A stretch of DNA of 64,000 nt from an uncultured Bacilli bacterium (GCA_944332645.1 CALVKK010000001.1:30059-94058); one strand, 5' to 3'. Counted from the first letter of the stretch, positions 1 to 9,844 are shown. A program made the numbers and translations. Notes: generated from the sequence alone by a model not told the origin.

Positions 1-981
1 AGGATGTGAACTAAACGAAATTACTTGATTAGGTGCGTAAGTAGAATGCGTAGCAAGTGCATGAGCGATACTTGTTGCTTTAGAACATAAACTATTTGAA
101 TTATATAATCCACCCATTGAACCAGATGTATCTAAAACACAAATACAATTCAATGATAAACCACTTGTTTCTTGCTCTACAATTTTTTTACCAATAATAT
201 CAGCTACTTCTTCTATATTATCAGATTTCTTTACGGTTTTGTAAGCATCATGAACATTAGCTGTAGAAGTATTTACTTTTGCTTTATCTTCTTTTACTGC
301 AATAATATATTCGCTAAATCTTTCTTTTAAATCGCTTCTAGTTGAAAATGTATGCAAATATTTTGTCATTGCTAAACTTGGAACTTGTTCAAAATTTATT
401 TTTTCTACCAATGGATGAATGTATTTATTATTTTTGAAAATATCATCAAGAGGTGTGCCATCTTCTTTTAATTCAGCGTAAGACAATTTATATTCAACAG
501 TTGAATCGGTTTTAATTAATGCTCTATATTCCTTTTCAGATATATTCCACATTTCACATAATGCTTTTGCTATTTTTTTATCTTTACCAGTTAGTCTTGG
601 CATCCACTTTTTAGCTAATTCAATATGTTCTTGATCTGTATTGCCAGATAGTACCGCCAACAAATAAGATAAATTTTTATCAGTTGGGATATGCCATAAA
701 TCATCATACCTACCAGCTGTAATAACATTATTAGGTTCTACTTCAGATAATTGCATCAATTTTCTTCCTAAATCGCGTCTACCTTGACCAAATCTAGGAT
801 CTCTCATATACATTGAAAATATTTTTTCTTTCTCACTTTTTCCAATTCTCACTTGATCTAAATTTTTAGAGAAGAAATCAGCCATAAATAACAAGTCAAT
901 TAAATTATTACCGGTACTATTATATGCCTTATCCCCATTTTCAGTTAATTTTTCATTAAACATTTTTTCTATTTTATTCAT
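1..981 (-). CDS. DUF2828-type helical + vWA protein, N-terminal 327 codons only (3' end lies outside the window)
   Basis: Exact copy of 36166..37146, part of the full ORF 35758..37146. Confidence 0.7.
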   Translation of the reverse strand, partial: MNKIEKMFNEKLTENGDKAYNSTGNNLIDLLFMADFFSKNLDQVRIGKSEKEKIFSMYMRDPRFGQGRRDLGRKLMQLSEVEPNNVITAGRYDDLWHIPTDKNLSYLLAVLSGNTDQEHIELAKKWMPRLTGKDKKIAKALCEMWNISEKEYRALIKTDSTVEYKLSYAELKEDGTPLDDIFKNNKYIHPLVEKINFEQVPSLAMTKYLHTFSTRSDLKERFSEYIIAVKEDKAKVNTSTANVHDAYKTVKKSDNIEEVADIIGKKIVEQETSGLSLNCICVLDTSGSMGGLYNSNSLCSKATSIAHALATHSTYAPNQVISFSSHP

Positions 982-1402
982 AATCTTCCTCCTTAATCAT
1001 TTTTCTAATATCATTAATAAAATCGTATATTCTTCGTTTACTATAATTTGTTTTTATTGCAATATATCTTACTTTCATATTTTTAACATATTTTAATAGA
1101 TATATTTTATCTAACATGTTTGAACTATTATTTAATTCTATTTCTTTTAATTTCAATCTATACTCTAAAACATCTCTTAAATTTCGTCTTACATTTATCT
1201 CTTTGTCGATTTCTTCCATCTTTATAGTGTAATTTAAGAATTTATTACTCGAGCTACCTTTTAGTAACTCATTCTCAAAATTAGCCGATTTTGGTACTAC
1301 TGAATACAATAATTGCGACTTTTTAGCTAATGCTTTTTCAAATTCTTTTTTAGCTTCTTTATATTCTTCATTTAGTTTATAGTGTTCAATAAATAGTTCC
1401 AT
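974..1402 (-). CDS. Putative phage late-gene transcriptional activator (ArpU/RinA/sigma region-4-like)
   Basis: 142 aa with a C-terminal HTH-like segment (VRYIAIKTNYSKRRIYDFINDIRKMI). It is the last regulator-like gene before the packaging module. Its 3' end overlaps the downstream gene start by 8 nt. Confidence 0.45.
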   Translation of the reverse strand: MELFIEHYKLNEEYKEAKKEFEKALAKKSQLLYSVVPKSANFENELLKGSSSNKFLNYTIKMEEIDKEINVRRNLRDVLEYRLKLKEIELNNSSNMLDKIYLLKYVKNMKVRYIAIKTNYSKRRIYDFINDIRKMIKEEDYE

Positions 1403-1414
1403 ACTACCACCTCT

Positions 1415-2035
1415 TTATTCTCTATCGAAATGTTCTCTTAATTTGCCGTTTTTCATTCTTACATATTTTGAAATGATGTTATTATGATTTACTATAAATC
1501 CCTCGACATTTCTTTTTACTTTGTTACAGTATTTTTCATAAATACTATCTAAATATTCTTTATTTGGTAAAACATTTAATTCAGCTACATTAGGTACTAT
1601 ACCAATAAAATTAGGAATTGTTTGACTAGCAAATGGGTATATAAACAAATCGTGGTCATAAATTAAATTATATAAATTAAAATCATCATCTATATTGGCT
1701 TTAGCAAACATATACCATTTTTTATCGAACTCATCGATAGTATACTTTAATTGCCCCATTCCAAGCCATTCTCCACAAATAGCACTATTCTCGTGTAATT
1801 CGTTTTGTAGTACTTCTTTATTATCTAGCAACCATTGATACAATCCTTTATATAATATTTCTTTTTGTTCTTCAATTTCTTCAATACAAATAATATTATT
1901 TCTTTGTGCAATGTATAATTTCTCATTTTTCTTAAAAAAGACTAAATTACTACCATCTAATTTTTCAGTAACATAAATCTTATCTCCACTACATTTTACT
2001 CTTTTTGTTTTAGGATAAATTCCTTTTTTTATCAT
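1415..2035 (-). CDS. ATP-dependent RNA ligase-like nucleotidyltransferase (minimal NTase domain, Rnl2/DraRnl-type family)
   Basis: Motif I is EKLDGSN (KxDGxN). CGEW, VEGFIV (EGxV motif IV) and KYVRMK (motif V-like) are also present. At 206 aa it is too short to carry a DNA-ligase OB domain. Confidence 0.6.
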   Translation of the reverse strand: MIKKGIYPKTKRVKCSGDKIYVTEKLDGSNLVFFKKNEKLYIAQRNNIICIEEIEEQKEILYKGLYQWLLDNKEVLQNELHENSAICGEWLGMGQLKYTIDEFDKKWYMFAKANIDDDFNLYNLIYDHDLFIYPFASQTIPNFIGIVPNVAELNVLPNKEYLDSIYEKYCNKVKRNVEGFIVNHNNIISKYVRMKNGKLREHFDRE

Positions 2036-2424
2036 TCTTTCACCTCATAAGTCATACTTTCAAATTGTTCTTTCGTTACTATTGATTTAATAGGATAATG
2101 TTTTATATAAGGATTTATAGTTTTATATCCATGTTCCATTATTAATGTAAAATTAAAAATATCATCACCATTTGGGTTATATATTGCAGTTACTTTATAT
2201 CCATTAACATAATCTCCTTCTTCAATTAAATCGATTATGTTATAACTTGCTTTTAATACATCTTTTTTTTCTATATAATTAATTTCTTCTTTATCTATAA
2301 AAAATCCATCAATTTCAGGAAAAACGCCAATTCCTACATCAACACTATCTTCGTGAAATTCTCTATAAAGTTTACAAATACCATTGTTTTTAGTTCTAAC
2401 ATACATTCCTTCTTCTAATTTCAT
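2032..2424 (-). CDS. Hypothetical phage protein
   Basis: 130-aa ORF with 4-nt overlaps to both neighbours (operon packing). Confidence 0.6.
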   Translation of the reverse strand: MKLEEGMYVRTKNNGICKLYREFHEDSVDVGIGVFPEIDGFFIDKEEINYIEKKDVLKASYNIIDLIEEGDYVNGYKVTAIYNPNGDDIFNFTLIMEHGYKTINPYIKHYPIKSIVTKEQFESMTYEVKE

Positions 2425-2681
2425 ATTTTCCTCCCAAAAACATCATTAATGCCACAGTCTTTCACTTGGTCTTGTATATCTAATATTTGATTAAGTAATT
2501 TGCAATATTCTACTGGTTTATTATCGCTAGTGTATATTATTTTAAAGTATCTGCATGGTTTAGCGCACACGCCATATTTCTTAATTTTTTTAAATTTATG
2601 ATGACAGTACTGTGTGTTTTTAGGTATAAACAAGCTAGCCCATTTTTCTTTAATCTTCTTCATCTTCCACCTCAATATCAT
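2421..2681 (-). CDS. Hypothetical Cys-rich phage protein
   Basis: 86-aa ORF. The true start may be the internal MKKIKEKW (about 2663). Confidence 0.5.
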   Translation of the reverse strand: MILRWKMKKIKEKWASLFIPKNTQYCHHKFKKIKKYGVCAKPCRYFKIIYTSDNKPVEYCKLLNQILDIQDQVKDCGINDVFGRKI

Positions 2682-2731
2682 TACTCTCGTAAACTTGTCC
2701 GAATTTACTTTTGCATTCGTTACATATCATT

Positions 2732-3088
2732 TTAAGCATCTACTTTCTGTAAATTACTTATTATTCCGTTAATTAATTCGGCTAATTTATCGCCACATTC
2801 ATTATTCATTCTTAATTTTTCTTGAATATAACCACCTAATTTAATACTATCGGTCGAAAAACCATAACTCGTATGATCAATAATACTAACAAACAAATAG
2901 TTTGATTTGATACCTCTTTGAAATTGTCCGTATTTTATATCTAACCCTAATTTAAAAACTATATCTAAATGTGTTGATTTCTCATCAGTCCAACCTATTC
3001 CTACTGTACCTCCTGTTTTTATAATATTTGCTATGGTTTTATATGTATTTTCGCCATTTATTATTTCACCATAATTATCTACATTCAT
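2732..3088 (-). CDS. Hypothetical phage protein
   Basis: 118-aa ORF in the early operon. Confidence 0.55.
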   Translation of the reverse strand: MNVDNYGEIINGENTYKTIANIIKTGGTVGIGWTDEKSTHLDIVFKLGLDIKYGQFQRGIKSNYLFVSIIDHTSYGFSTDSIKLGGYIQEKLRMNNECGDKLAELINGIISNLQKVDA

Positions 3089-3104
3089 TATTTATCACTC
3101 CTAA

Positions 3105-3341
3105 TCATTTTTTAAAACTATAAGTATTACATCCCATTCCACCTGAAGCAAAAATATAATTTCCGTTTAATATTTTTCCTATGCAATCATCACATAAATT
3201 TAATTTTTCATTACAAAGATATGGTGGGCATTTTTTACCTTCATTCTGTTCAGTTGTAAATATGACTTGTATGTCGACTTCTTCATTTTTAGTCTCTTTC
3301 TTACATACATCACAATAAATTTTTGTTATTATTTGATTCAT
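3105..3341 (-). CDS. Hypothetical zinc-ribbon protein
   Basis: CxxC (CDVC) and CDDC pairs. Overlaps its neighbour by 4 nt. Confidence 0.55.
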   Translation of the reverse strand: MNQIITKIYCDVCKKETKNEEVDIQVIFTTEQNEGKKCPPYLCNEKLNLCDDCIGKILNGNYIFASGGMGCNTYSFKK

Positions 3342-3625
3342 TCTTTACCTCCTGTTATTTCTTTATATTTTGATAAAATCTTTTCCATTATAGCGATCCA
3401 ATTTTTAATAACAGGGTTCATCATCATATAATCGCCATTAATTTGAGAATATGTATTTTTTATAAAGCTTATTTCACTTTCTAACCATTGTATAAATTCT
3501 TTTTGTTGATTTTTTAATTTTTGATTTTCTTTTTTTAGTTCATCTATTTTAGGCTGTAATTCTAGTAAGACATTTGCTCTAGCTATTGCTATATCTAATT
3601 CTTCATCACTTGCACCACTTATCAT
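3338..3625 (-). CDS. Hypothetical coiled-coil phage protein
   Basis: 95-aa ORF, operon packing. Confidence 0.5.
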   Translation of the reverse strand: MISGASDEELDIAIARANVLLELQPKIDELKKENQKLKNQQKEFIQWLESEISFIKNTYSQINGDYMMMNPVIKNWIAIMEKILSKYKEITGGKE

Positions 3626-3639
3626 TTATTCCACCCCTT

Positions 3640-3903
3640 TTAATATGTTACTTTAATACCTTTTGCTTCTATATTGTCGTGATTTAAATTAATAATTCCT
3701 TTGTTTGCTAATTTATATATCAATGAAAATGACTCAAGTATTTCATCGTCTAAAATAAATTTTGTTTCTGGTCCCTGATATTTGATAAATATATTATTTA
3801 TATCAATCAAGATTGCCTTTATCGTATCTTCTTTTGAATATGCTTTATAATAACGGTCGTTTTTTAGCATATTATTAATTTCTGCTTTTATTTGTTCTAA
3901 CAT
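3640..3903 (-). CDS. Hypothetical phage protein
   Basis: 87-aa ORF. Its start overlaps the stop of the upstream gene by 1 nt. Confidence 0.5.
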   Translation of the reverse strand: MLEQIKAEINNMLKNDRYYKAYSKEDTIKAILIDINNIFIKYQGPETKFILDDEILESFSLIYKLANKGIINLNHDNIEAKGIKVTY

Positions 3904-4676
3904 TATTCCACCTCATTTAAAACTTTTTGCTTTTCTAATTTATCGAAATCTGTAAATATACTTGCTTGTCCCCACGCAGTAATTCCGTTTATTCTTTTAT
4001 TTGCTATTTCATAATATTCTTTATTTATTTCCATACCTATAAATCTTCTTCCCGTTTCTTGACAAGCCACACAAGTTGTACCACTTCCACAAAAACAATC
4101 TAATACTATATCATTTGGTTGCGTTGTATGTAATATATGTCTTTTAACAAGGTTAAGTGGTTTTATTGTTGGATGATTATAAAGAATTTTGTCATTTTGA
4201 TTTAAAGAACTTACATACCATTTACTTTTTAGTTCATAACCATTATTTAATTTTGTTCCTCTATTAAAATACAAACAATATTCTATATCACTTAACCAAT
4301 TACCATTACACATAGGAACAGGATTAGTTTTATTCCATGTTAATATTTGATATGTAGAATTAGTGTTTTTGTTAAACCAATCTAATATTGAAAATATTTG
4401 TTCCTTGCTACACCATATAAAACAATTTACATTTTTTAGGATTCTTACAAATTCATCAAAAATTTTATAATCAATACCATCGTAAATGTCTGCTTTTTTT
4501 AATTCTTTTTTCATTTTTTGAACCTGTAAAGCAATTCTCGAAGTTCCTGTTCCACCTTGTTGAAAAAGATAAGGAATATCTACATAAATGCAATCAACAC
4601 TTTTATCAGGTATATTTTTAATCATCTCATAGCAATCACAATTGATTATTTTGTTTATCATATCTTCAAATTTCAT
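3903..4676 (-). CDS. DNA methyltransferase (N6-adenine/N4-cytosine, beta class, PF01555-like)
   Basis: The motif IV-like VDIPY (DPPY-type) precedes the AdoMet motif FCGSGTT, which is the beta-class order. Confidence 0.85.
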   Translation of the reverse strand: MKFEDMINKIINCDCYEMIKNIPDKSVDCIYVDIPYLFQQGGTGTSRIALQVQKMKKELKKADIYDGIDYKIFDEFVRILKNVNCFIWCSKEQIFSILDWFNKNTNSTYQILTWNKTNPVPMCNGNWLSDIEYCLYFNRGTKLNNGYELKSKWYVSSLNQNDKILYNHPTIKPLNLVKRHILHTTQPNDIVLDCFCGSGTTCVACQETGRRFIGMEINKEYYEIANKRINGITAWGQASIFTDFDKLEKQKVLNEVE

Positions 4677-4678
4677 TT

Positions 4679-4864
4679 TTAATCTACCTCTACTAAATAT
4701 CTTCTTTTTTTACCTGTACCTCTTTTTTGGTAAGTTGGTGTATTATAAAAATCTAATGTCCTCTTTTTTACACCCATTTTTTTAGCAATTTCTTCTTTTG
4801 TACCAAATGCTAATTCAATATCGCCTTTATATAGTGAATAATAAACTTTTTTCATATCTTCCAA
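4679..4864 (-). CDS. Small hypothetical protein, possible HTH
   Basis: 61-aa ORF with a KEEIAKKMGVKKRTL segment. Confidence 0.45.
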   Translation of the reverse strand: MEDMKKVYYSLYKGDIELAFGTKEEIAKKMGVKKRTLDFYNTPTYQKRGTGKKRRYLVEVD

Positions 4865-5037
4865 ATTCCCAACTCCTTTAACAGCTTAATTTTTTCATTT
4901 TTCGTTAAATTCCAATTATTCCAAATGGTACTTTGCAATTCAATTAATGCGCATTTATCGTTCAATAGTTTTGCTTTAAACACAGCTCTTTTGTAGCTTG
5001 GCAGAAAATATTTTTTAAACGATTCTAGATATTTCAT
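4852..5037 (-). CDS. Small hypothetical phage protein
   Basis: 61-aa ORF with overlapping neighbours. Confidence 0.4.
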   Translation of the reverse strand: MKYLESFKKYFLPSYKRAVFKAKLLNDKCALIELQSTIWNNWNLTKNEKIKLLKELGIWKI

Positions 5038-5372
5038 AATTCTTTCAGCTCACAATCTTGATATATATACTCAAACATCTTCTTTTTCAATAAATAATCT
5101 TTTGTTTTATATCCTTTTGTATCTTCAATTATCATTTTTTTTAATTTATTATCATAGTACATAAAATCTGCTATATATTCTATCTTTCGATATGATTTAT
5201 TATTTTTCTTGAATTTTGGCTGTAGTTCGAATTTTGGTTGTAATGTTAAATCAGTTATTTCATTTGCTTTCAATAGTAAATCTAATTGATGAAATCTTTC
5301 ATGTTCTTTCTTACTGTCAAAAAATCGGTTAGCTTTATCACAATAAACTTTTTCATTACGATACTTATTCAT
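5034..5372 (-). CDS. DUF1064-family protein (putative Holliday-junction resolvase/nuclease)
   Basis: FDSKKEHERFHQL...ITDLTLQPKFELQP...YIADF...EDTKGYKTKDY matches my memory of the DUF1064 signature. Confidence 0.7.
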   Translation of the reverse strand: MNKYRNEKVYCDKANRFFDSKKEHERFHQLDLLLKANEITDLTLQPKFELQPKFKKNNKSYRKIEYIADFMYYDNKLKKMIIEDTKGYKTKDYLLKKKMFEYIYQDCELKEL

Positions 5373-5387
5373 CCAGTTACCCCATTT

Positions 5388-5807
5388 CTACCACTTAGTA
5401 AGTTCATTATTTTTTATAGCATTTGTTATTTCAAATACTTCTTCATTTGTATAATCTTTTTTTAAACCTACCAAAATTGATGGCGGTGTTGGTATTTCTT
5501 TGTTAATAGGTCGCCAAATATGCAAACAATATGGATGATTATTAACATAATCTTTTTTTGCTGGATGTAATTGCATACATACCTCATCATCTTTCCAAAA
5601 TAAATCTTTCATTGAACACATTTGTTCCCACGATGGACATCTAGTTGGCATCGATACCGAACAATGTTCAAATTCAGCTCCCCAACTCATTATAAAATTT
5701 AAATGACATCTACTTTTTTTATCGTAAAAAGTCCCACCAAAACCATCTCTACCTTCTTTTTTTATTTCTAAATATTTATTCTTTTTGATTTCTTCTAAAC
5801 TTTTCAT
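5388..5807 (-). CDS. Conserved hypothetical phage protein
   Basis: 139-aa ORF. The HCSVS...CPSWEQM...LHIW pattern recurs in phage early regions (recalled, family name uncertain). Confidence 0.55.
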   Translation of the reverse strand: MKSLEEIKKNKYLEIKKEGRDGFGGTFYDKKSRCHLNFIMSWGAEFEHCSVSMPTRCPSWEQMCSMKDLFWKDDEVCMQLHPAKKDYVNNHPYCLHIWRPINKEIPTPPSILVGLKKDYTNEEVFEITNAIKNNELTKW

Positions 5808-6157
5808 TTAGTACTCCATTTCTTATAAACTAAATTCGACTTATCCCAACTTGGATAAAGACTCTTTAAATAATTTTCCATTATTGATAACATTTCTTTT
5901 CGTAGACTTTGATTACCATTGTCCAGCAAATGATGATGATATCTACACCCCTCAACCCCGTTTTCTTCAATTCCTAAACCCATTTTTGACTTGGGTACAA
6001 AGTGCATAATATCGTGAATTATAAAATCCATTTTATTAGGATTAAATTCTTCACAATGATAACCAATTCTACAAAAAAGACACGAATAATTATCTCTTTG
6101 TTGTATGGTCCTTATTGTGTCTTTATTAAATTGTAATAATTTTGTATAATTTGGCAT
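5804..6157 (-). CDS. Putative HNH/zinc-binding nuclease-like protein
   Basis: Cys/His-rich (CLFC...H...CRYHHH). Lies next to the NinB-like gene. Confidence 0.35.
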   Translation of the reverse strand: MPNYTKLLQFNKDTIRTIQQRDNYSCLFCRIGYHCEEFNPNKMDFIIHDIMHFVPKSKMGLGIEENGVEGCRYHHHLLDNGNQSLRKEMLSIMENYLKSLYPSWDKSNLVYKKWSTK

Positions 6158-6625
6158 TTAAGCCACCCCCTGACTTTTAACATCTTCCTCTAATTCTTCT
6201 AACTCTTCCGGACTTAATGTTTCGATTCCTTGTTGTTTGCATTCTTCACAAAGTCCTTTCAATAAAATTGCAAATTCAGCTGTATTTAATTCGTGGCTAG
6301 GAGTGTACACGTGGTACACATAAAATTCCTTGCCATTTTTTAATATCTTTGATTTTTTTTCGTAATATTCGATACCTCTAATATTACTTTCATTAGGTAC
6401 TAAAATTTCATATCTAGGACTATAAGATTTAAGCATCTCAAAATGTAATTCTTCTATTCCTATTTTTGTCTTTAATGATAATTCTCCTAATAATTTCCAA
6501 TACTTTTTATTTTGTTTTTTATTTCTTTTTTCTTTGTATTCTTTTATTTCAAATAATTTATTTTTGTCTTGGTCATACAACCATTGAATTATTTTTAAGA
6601 CATTTCCTATCATTAATCTAACCAA
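6158..6625 (-). CDS. NinB/Orf-like recombination-associated protein (tentative)
   Basis: RNKKQNKKYWKLLGELS resembles the RSxxQNxxxW motif of NinB-type proteins. Confidence 0.35.
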   Translation of the reverse strand: MVRLMIGNVLKIIQWLYDQDKNKLFEIKEYKEKRNKKQNKKYWKLLGELSLKTKIGIEELHFEMLKSYSPRYEILVPNESNIRGIEYYEKKSKILKNGKEFYVYHVYTPSHELNTAEFAILLKGLCEECKQQGIETLSPEELEELEEDVKSQGVA

Positions 6626-7020
6626 TTATCATCAATAGACACACTTTCACCAAAATCAGCGAACACATCAGTATTGTCTTGTTTTTCTTCTTTAGTTTCT
6701 TCTTTTTTCTTGCTATTTAAGAACATTACTCTTTCAGCAACGACTAATGTTTTGTATCTATTTTCGCCGTCTTTAGTTGTAAATTTTTCAGTTTGTACTC
6801 TACCTTCTATAGCTACTAAACTACCTTTATCTAAATATTGGCAAATATTTTCAGCTTGCTTTCTCCACACTCTAATTTCAATAAAATCAGCCTCTTTTTT
6901 TCCGTCTTCACGAGGTGGTCTATCTACTGCTAAATTGAAACTCGTTACTGCTATGTTTGAACTTGTATATTTTAATTCAGGTTTGGCTGTTAACCGACCT
7001 ATAAGTATTGCTTTATTCAT
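6613..7020 (-). CDS. ssb: Single-stranded DNA-binding protein
   Basis: MNKAILIGRLTAKPELKYT...FIEIRVWRKQAEN...VAIEGRV is an OB-fold SSB signature, followed by an acidic C-terminal tail. The start at 7020 has an AAGGAG RBS. Confidence 0.85.
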   Translation of the reverse strand: MNKAILIGRLTAKPELKYTSSNIAVTSFNLAVDRPPREDGKKEADFIEIRVWRKQAENICQYLDKGSLVAIEGRVQTEKFTTKDGENRYKTLVVAERVMFLNSKKKEETKEEKQDNTDVFADFGESVSIDDNWLD

Positions 7021-7330
7021 TACTTTTCTCCTTACTATTTTTACTTTCAAAATAATTAATCGTACTTTTTATATATGATAGTGAATTATTTAATTTTTCT
7101 ATTGCGTAATCGGAATATATCCCTTTATGTTCTACATAAACTTCTAATACTGCTGATATGCCTATTAAACTATCAACTAAATCTTTTAAAAATGCACTAT
7201 CCCTAGAACCAGTAGAATAATATTCATCATAAATTTTCATATAATAATGTTCTATTTTGTTAAGTTCTCTATTTAATGAATCTTGAGTATTTTGTCTAAA
7301 GAAATCTCTATCTATATTGCTTCCAAACAT
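7013..7330 (-). CDS. Hypothetical phage protein
   Basis: 105-aa ORF, operon packing. Confidence 0.5.
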   Translation of the reverse strand: MFGSNIDRDFFRQNTQDSLNRELNKIEHYYMKIYDEYYSTGSRDSAFLKDLVDSLIGISAVLEVYVEHKGIYSDYAIEKLNNSLSYIKSTINYFESKNSKEKSNE

Positions 7331-8031
7331 TCTCTAAACTCTACCTCCAATTCTTCTCTTTCTTCATCATTATGAAGTTGATTTAAATACCTATTTGCTT
7401 CTTCTAATATTTCCATATATTTAACATTATTTTTTATAGCATTATTAACCGTATCATATCTTTCTTTGTCTTCCGCTGCTTTTGTATATACTAAATACAA
7501 ATCACTTAATACTTGATATTTTCTACCTTGAAGATAATTAGATAAGTAGGTATCTGTTTTTTTGTTGTTTGAGACATAATTATCTATATATACATCTCTT
7601 ATTTCTTTATTACTAACACCATTATCATCTAAAAAATCTTCTGCTATTTTTGTTAGCATATCTTCTTCTTCACTTTCGGCTGCTTGTATTAATTCATATC
7701 CTTTTTCTTTTCTTATGTAATATTTTTCACAAGAACATATTAAATCAAATATTGCACCGTTAATTTGTTTCTTTAGAATTTTTATATTGCTTTGATTAAT
7801 ATGATAAGTTATAAAATTATAATTGCTATAATCATTATTTTTTATATTAATTTCCAATACAATACTGTTGCTTTGTGTATTAATTTCGTATAGTTGTAAC
7901 GAAAATATAAAATCTTTATATACAAACAAATTCCATTTTTTATTCCAAAGTTCTCTATCTAAATAATTTTTTATTATAAAACTATAATCAATTTCATATT
8001 GCTTAATAATTAAGTTATTCATTACGTTCAC
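7312..8031 (-). CDS. Hypothetical phage protein
   Basis: 239-aa ORF. Confidence 0.55.
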   Translation of the reverse strand: MNVMNNLIIKQYEIDYSFIIKNYLDRELWNKKWNLFVYKDFIFSLQLYEINTQSNSIVLEINIKNNDYSNYNFITYHINQSNIKILKKQINGAIFDLICSCEKYYIRKEKGYELIQAAESEEEDMLTKIAEDFLDDNGVSNKEIRDVYIDNYVSNNKKTDTYLSNYLQGRKYQVLSDLYLVYTKAAEDKERYDTVNNAIKNNVKYMEILEEANRYLNQLHNDEEREELEVEFRECLEAI

Positions 8032-8035
8032 CCTT

Positions 8036-8611
8036 TTAATATTTACTTTCCCAATTTTCTTGATAAATCTTTAACAAGTCATATTTTTCTAGCCAATTCA
8101 TAAATTTATAAATTTCTTCTTTTAAATCCATTTTTAATTCTTCACGATAATATTCTTCTTTAAAAATTCGTAATTGTTTTTTATCTTCTTCCCAGTCGTT
8201 TACCATATCTTTTTTATCAAAATTATTACAAATTACATATTGCATTTTATATGCCTCTGGTACTAATTCCATATAAACTGCTGTTTGATAACTTCCGTAA
8301 AATTTACCGACATCATAATTGTTAGTGTGCTTATAATCAGTAATAACTCCAGCTTTTAAACAATCAATTTTTCCGTAGACAATGAAATTATCAATATTTT
8401 TATATACTTTAACTTGGTAACATCCATTTTTTGTTTCAGGATAATGAGCAACCATATACTCCTCAAACTCATTACCCTTAACAAATTTACTTTTATCTTC
8501 GACTTCTTCTTTTTTTAAAGTTTTAATAAAATCTTCCAAAGTGCCATATTGATTTTCGACACAATATTTCCAACTATTCAGCAATGTCGGTGTTATTAGA
8601 TACTTTTTCAT
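8036..8611 (-). CDS. PD-(D/E)XK (Cas4/RecB-like) nuclease, putative recombination exonuclease
   Basis: GKIDCL...ITDYKHT (D...DxK) followed by QTAVY (QxxxY). Lies next to the Sak4-like ATPase. Start taken at MKKYLITP. Confidence 0.5.
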   Translation of the reverse strand: MKKYLITPTLLNSWKYCVENQYGTLEDFIKTLKKEEVEDKSKFVKGNEFEEYMVAHYPETKNGCYQVKVYKNIDNFIVYGKIDCLKAGVITDYKHTNNYDVGKFYGSYQTAVYMELVPEAYKMQYVICNNFDKKDMVNDWEEDKKQLRIFKEEYYREELKMDLKEEIYKFMNWLEKYDLLKIYQENWESKY

Positions 8612-9527
8612 ATTCTTTCTTCTCACTATTCCATTGATAACCTAATTCTGCTACCTTTTCTTTAAATTTGTGTTTCAACTCTTTTTCACTTGTTAAAATA
8701 TGATTAGTTTCTTTAATTAATTTTGTCATACTTGTTAAATCTTCTTTGGTTTCCATTTTTTCAATTTGTGGTACTATTTCATTCATTAATTTTTCATATT
8801 CTTTCTTTTGTTCTTCAAAGAATACAGCTTCTTTTTTGATGTTGTTATTAGCTAATTGAAACAATTTTGTTAAAAAGTCATTTGGTTTTGTTCCGTCTAA
8901 TTCAGGTATTTTCATTACACCTTTAATTCCAAAACTTGCTTTAGCAAAATATCTTTCACAATTATCGAATCCGATAGTTTTCTTTTTACCGATAATTTCC
9001 ATAAAGCCACCAATTTCAACATTTTGCCATACTGTGTTTTTTGTAGATCCTTCTACTAAAATTCTTAACTTTGTTTGTTCCTCATCTTTTTCTTCAACTG
9101 CGTGAAAAACAATAACAATGTTTTTTCTTAAATTGTAGTAGCAATTATCCATAAATCTTGAAAATTCTCTTGCCACAGCTCCATAACCTTGTAATGATAA
9201 ACTACCGTCTTTTTTAGCATTTTTAACATCCTGTTTAATAACATAATTCTTCATTAATTCTAATAATTTTCCACCAGTATCAATTACTAAAGTTTCATAA
9301 TCACTTAAATCGCCTTTTAAATCTTCGATTAATTCTTCATAACTATTTGGTTGAATAAAGTCTTTTCTTGCACTAGCCATAACTCTATTGATACCTAAAT
9401 CTACATCTACCAATAATGGTTTTGGTGCAGATAAAGCTAAAGTCGTTTTACCTATTCCTGGATACCCAGCTATTAACATTCTTATTTTTTGATTTTCATT
9501 AATTAATTCATTTGGTTTTTTTATCAT
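8574..9527 (-). CDS. AAA_24/Sak4-like RecA-fold ATPase (ssDNA-annealing recombinase family)
   Basis: Walker A is GYPGIGKTT, Walker B-like is LVIDT. The genomic context is typical of phage recombination modules. Confidence 0.7.
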   Translation of the reverse strand: MIKKPNELINENQKIRMLIAGYPGIGKTTLALSAPKPLLVDVDLGINRVMASARKDFIQPNSYEELIEDLKGDLSDYETLVIDTGGKLLELMKNYVIKQDVKNAKKDGSLSLQGYGAVAREFSRFMDNCYYNLRKNIVIVFHAVEEKDEEQTKLRILVEGSTKNTVWQNVEIGGFMEIIGKKKTIGFDNCERYFAKASFGIKGVMKIPELDGTKPNDFLTKLFQLANNNIKKEAVFFEEQKKEYEKLMNEIVPQIEKMETKEDLTSMTKLIKETNHILTSEKELKHKFKEKVAELGYQWNSEKKEYEKVSNNTDIAE

Positions 9528-9844
9528 AAATTCATTCCTCCTATTTTACTTTTCCATTCCATAATTTTTGTCGTTCTAAACATTTGATTTGCACGATGTT
9601 TAGTATTGTTAATTGTTTCTTCTACCTCTTCTCGTGTTGTACAGATATAAAATCCACCACTAATACCCGATATACTTCCAATCAATTTTGGATACTGCTT
9701 GTCCTCTCTGATATTTTGAATGATCTTTCGCATTGTCTTATCACTATTCACATTGAATATTTGTCGTAAGTCTTTGTTTTTGATTAAATTAGCTTTTCCT
9801 AAATGATTTTTACAAAGGTATTCATAAACTAATTTTTCACGCAT
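9524..9844 (-). CDS. Hypothetical protein, possible winged-helix
   Basis: 106-aa ORF with a 4-nt overlap. Confidence 0.45.
   Translation of the reverse strand: MREKLVYEYLCKNHLGKANLIKNKDLRQIFNVNSDKTMRKIIQNIREDKQYPKLIGSISGISGGFYICTTREEVEETINNTKHRANQMFRTTKIMEWKSKIGGMNL

Noticed and set aside
6674-7078. ORF-track entries antisense to clear genes. Plus strand: 6674..7078, 9584..9769, 9863..10090, 10282..10539, 10795..11034, 11390..11581, 16038..16241, 16563..16820, 17939..18178, 21025..21222, 21257..21526, 24350..24574, 25965..26168, 29244..29531, 34214..34402, 55495..55881, 57073..57255, 57773..58042, 58589..58771 and 59524..59775. Minus strand: 11257..11454 and 15267..15470. Their +36165 copies are included.
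   Set aside because: Each lies fully within and antisense to a longer ORF with recognisable homology or operon packing. The translations are low-complexity (F/L/S/I-rich), as expected from reading AT-rich coding DNA in reverse. None has a convincing RBS.
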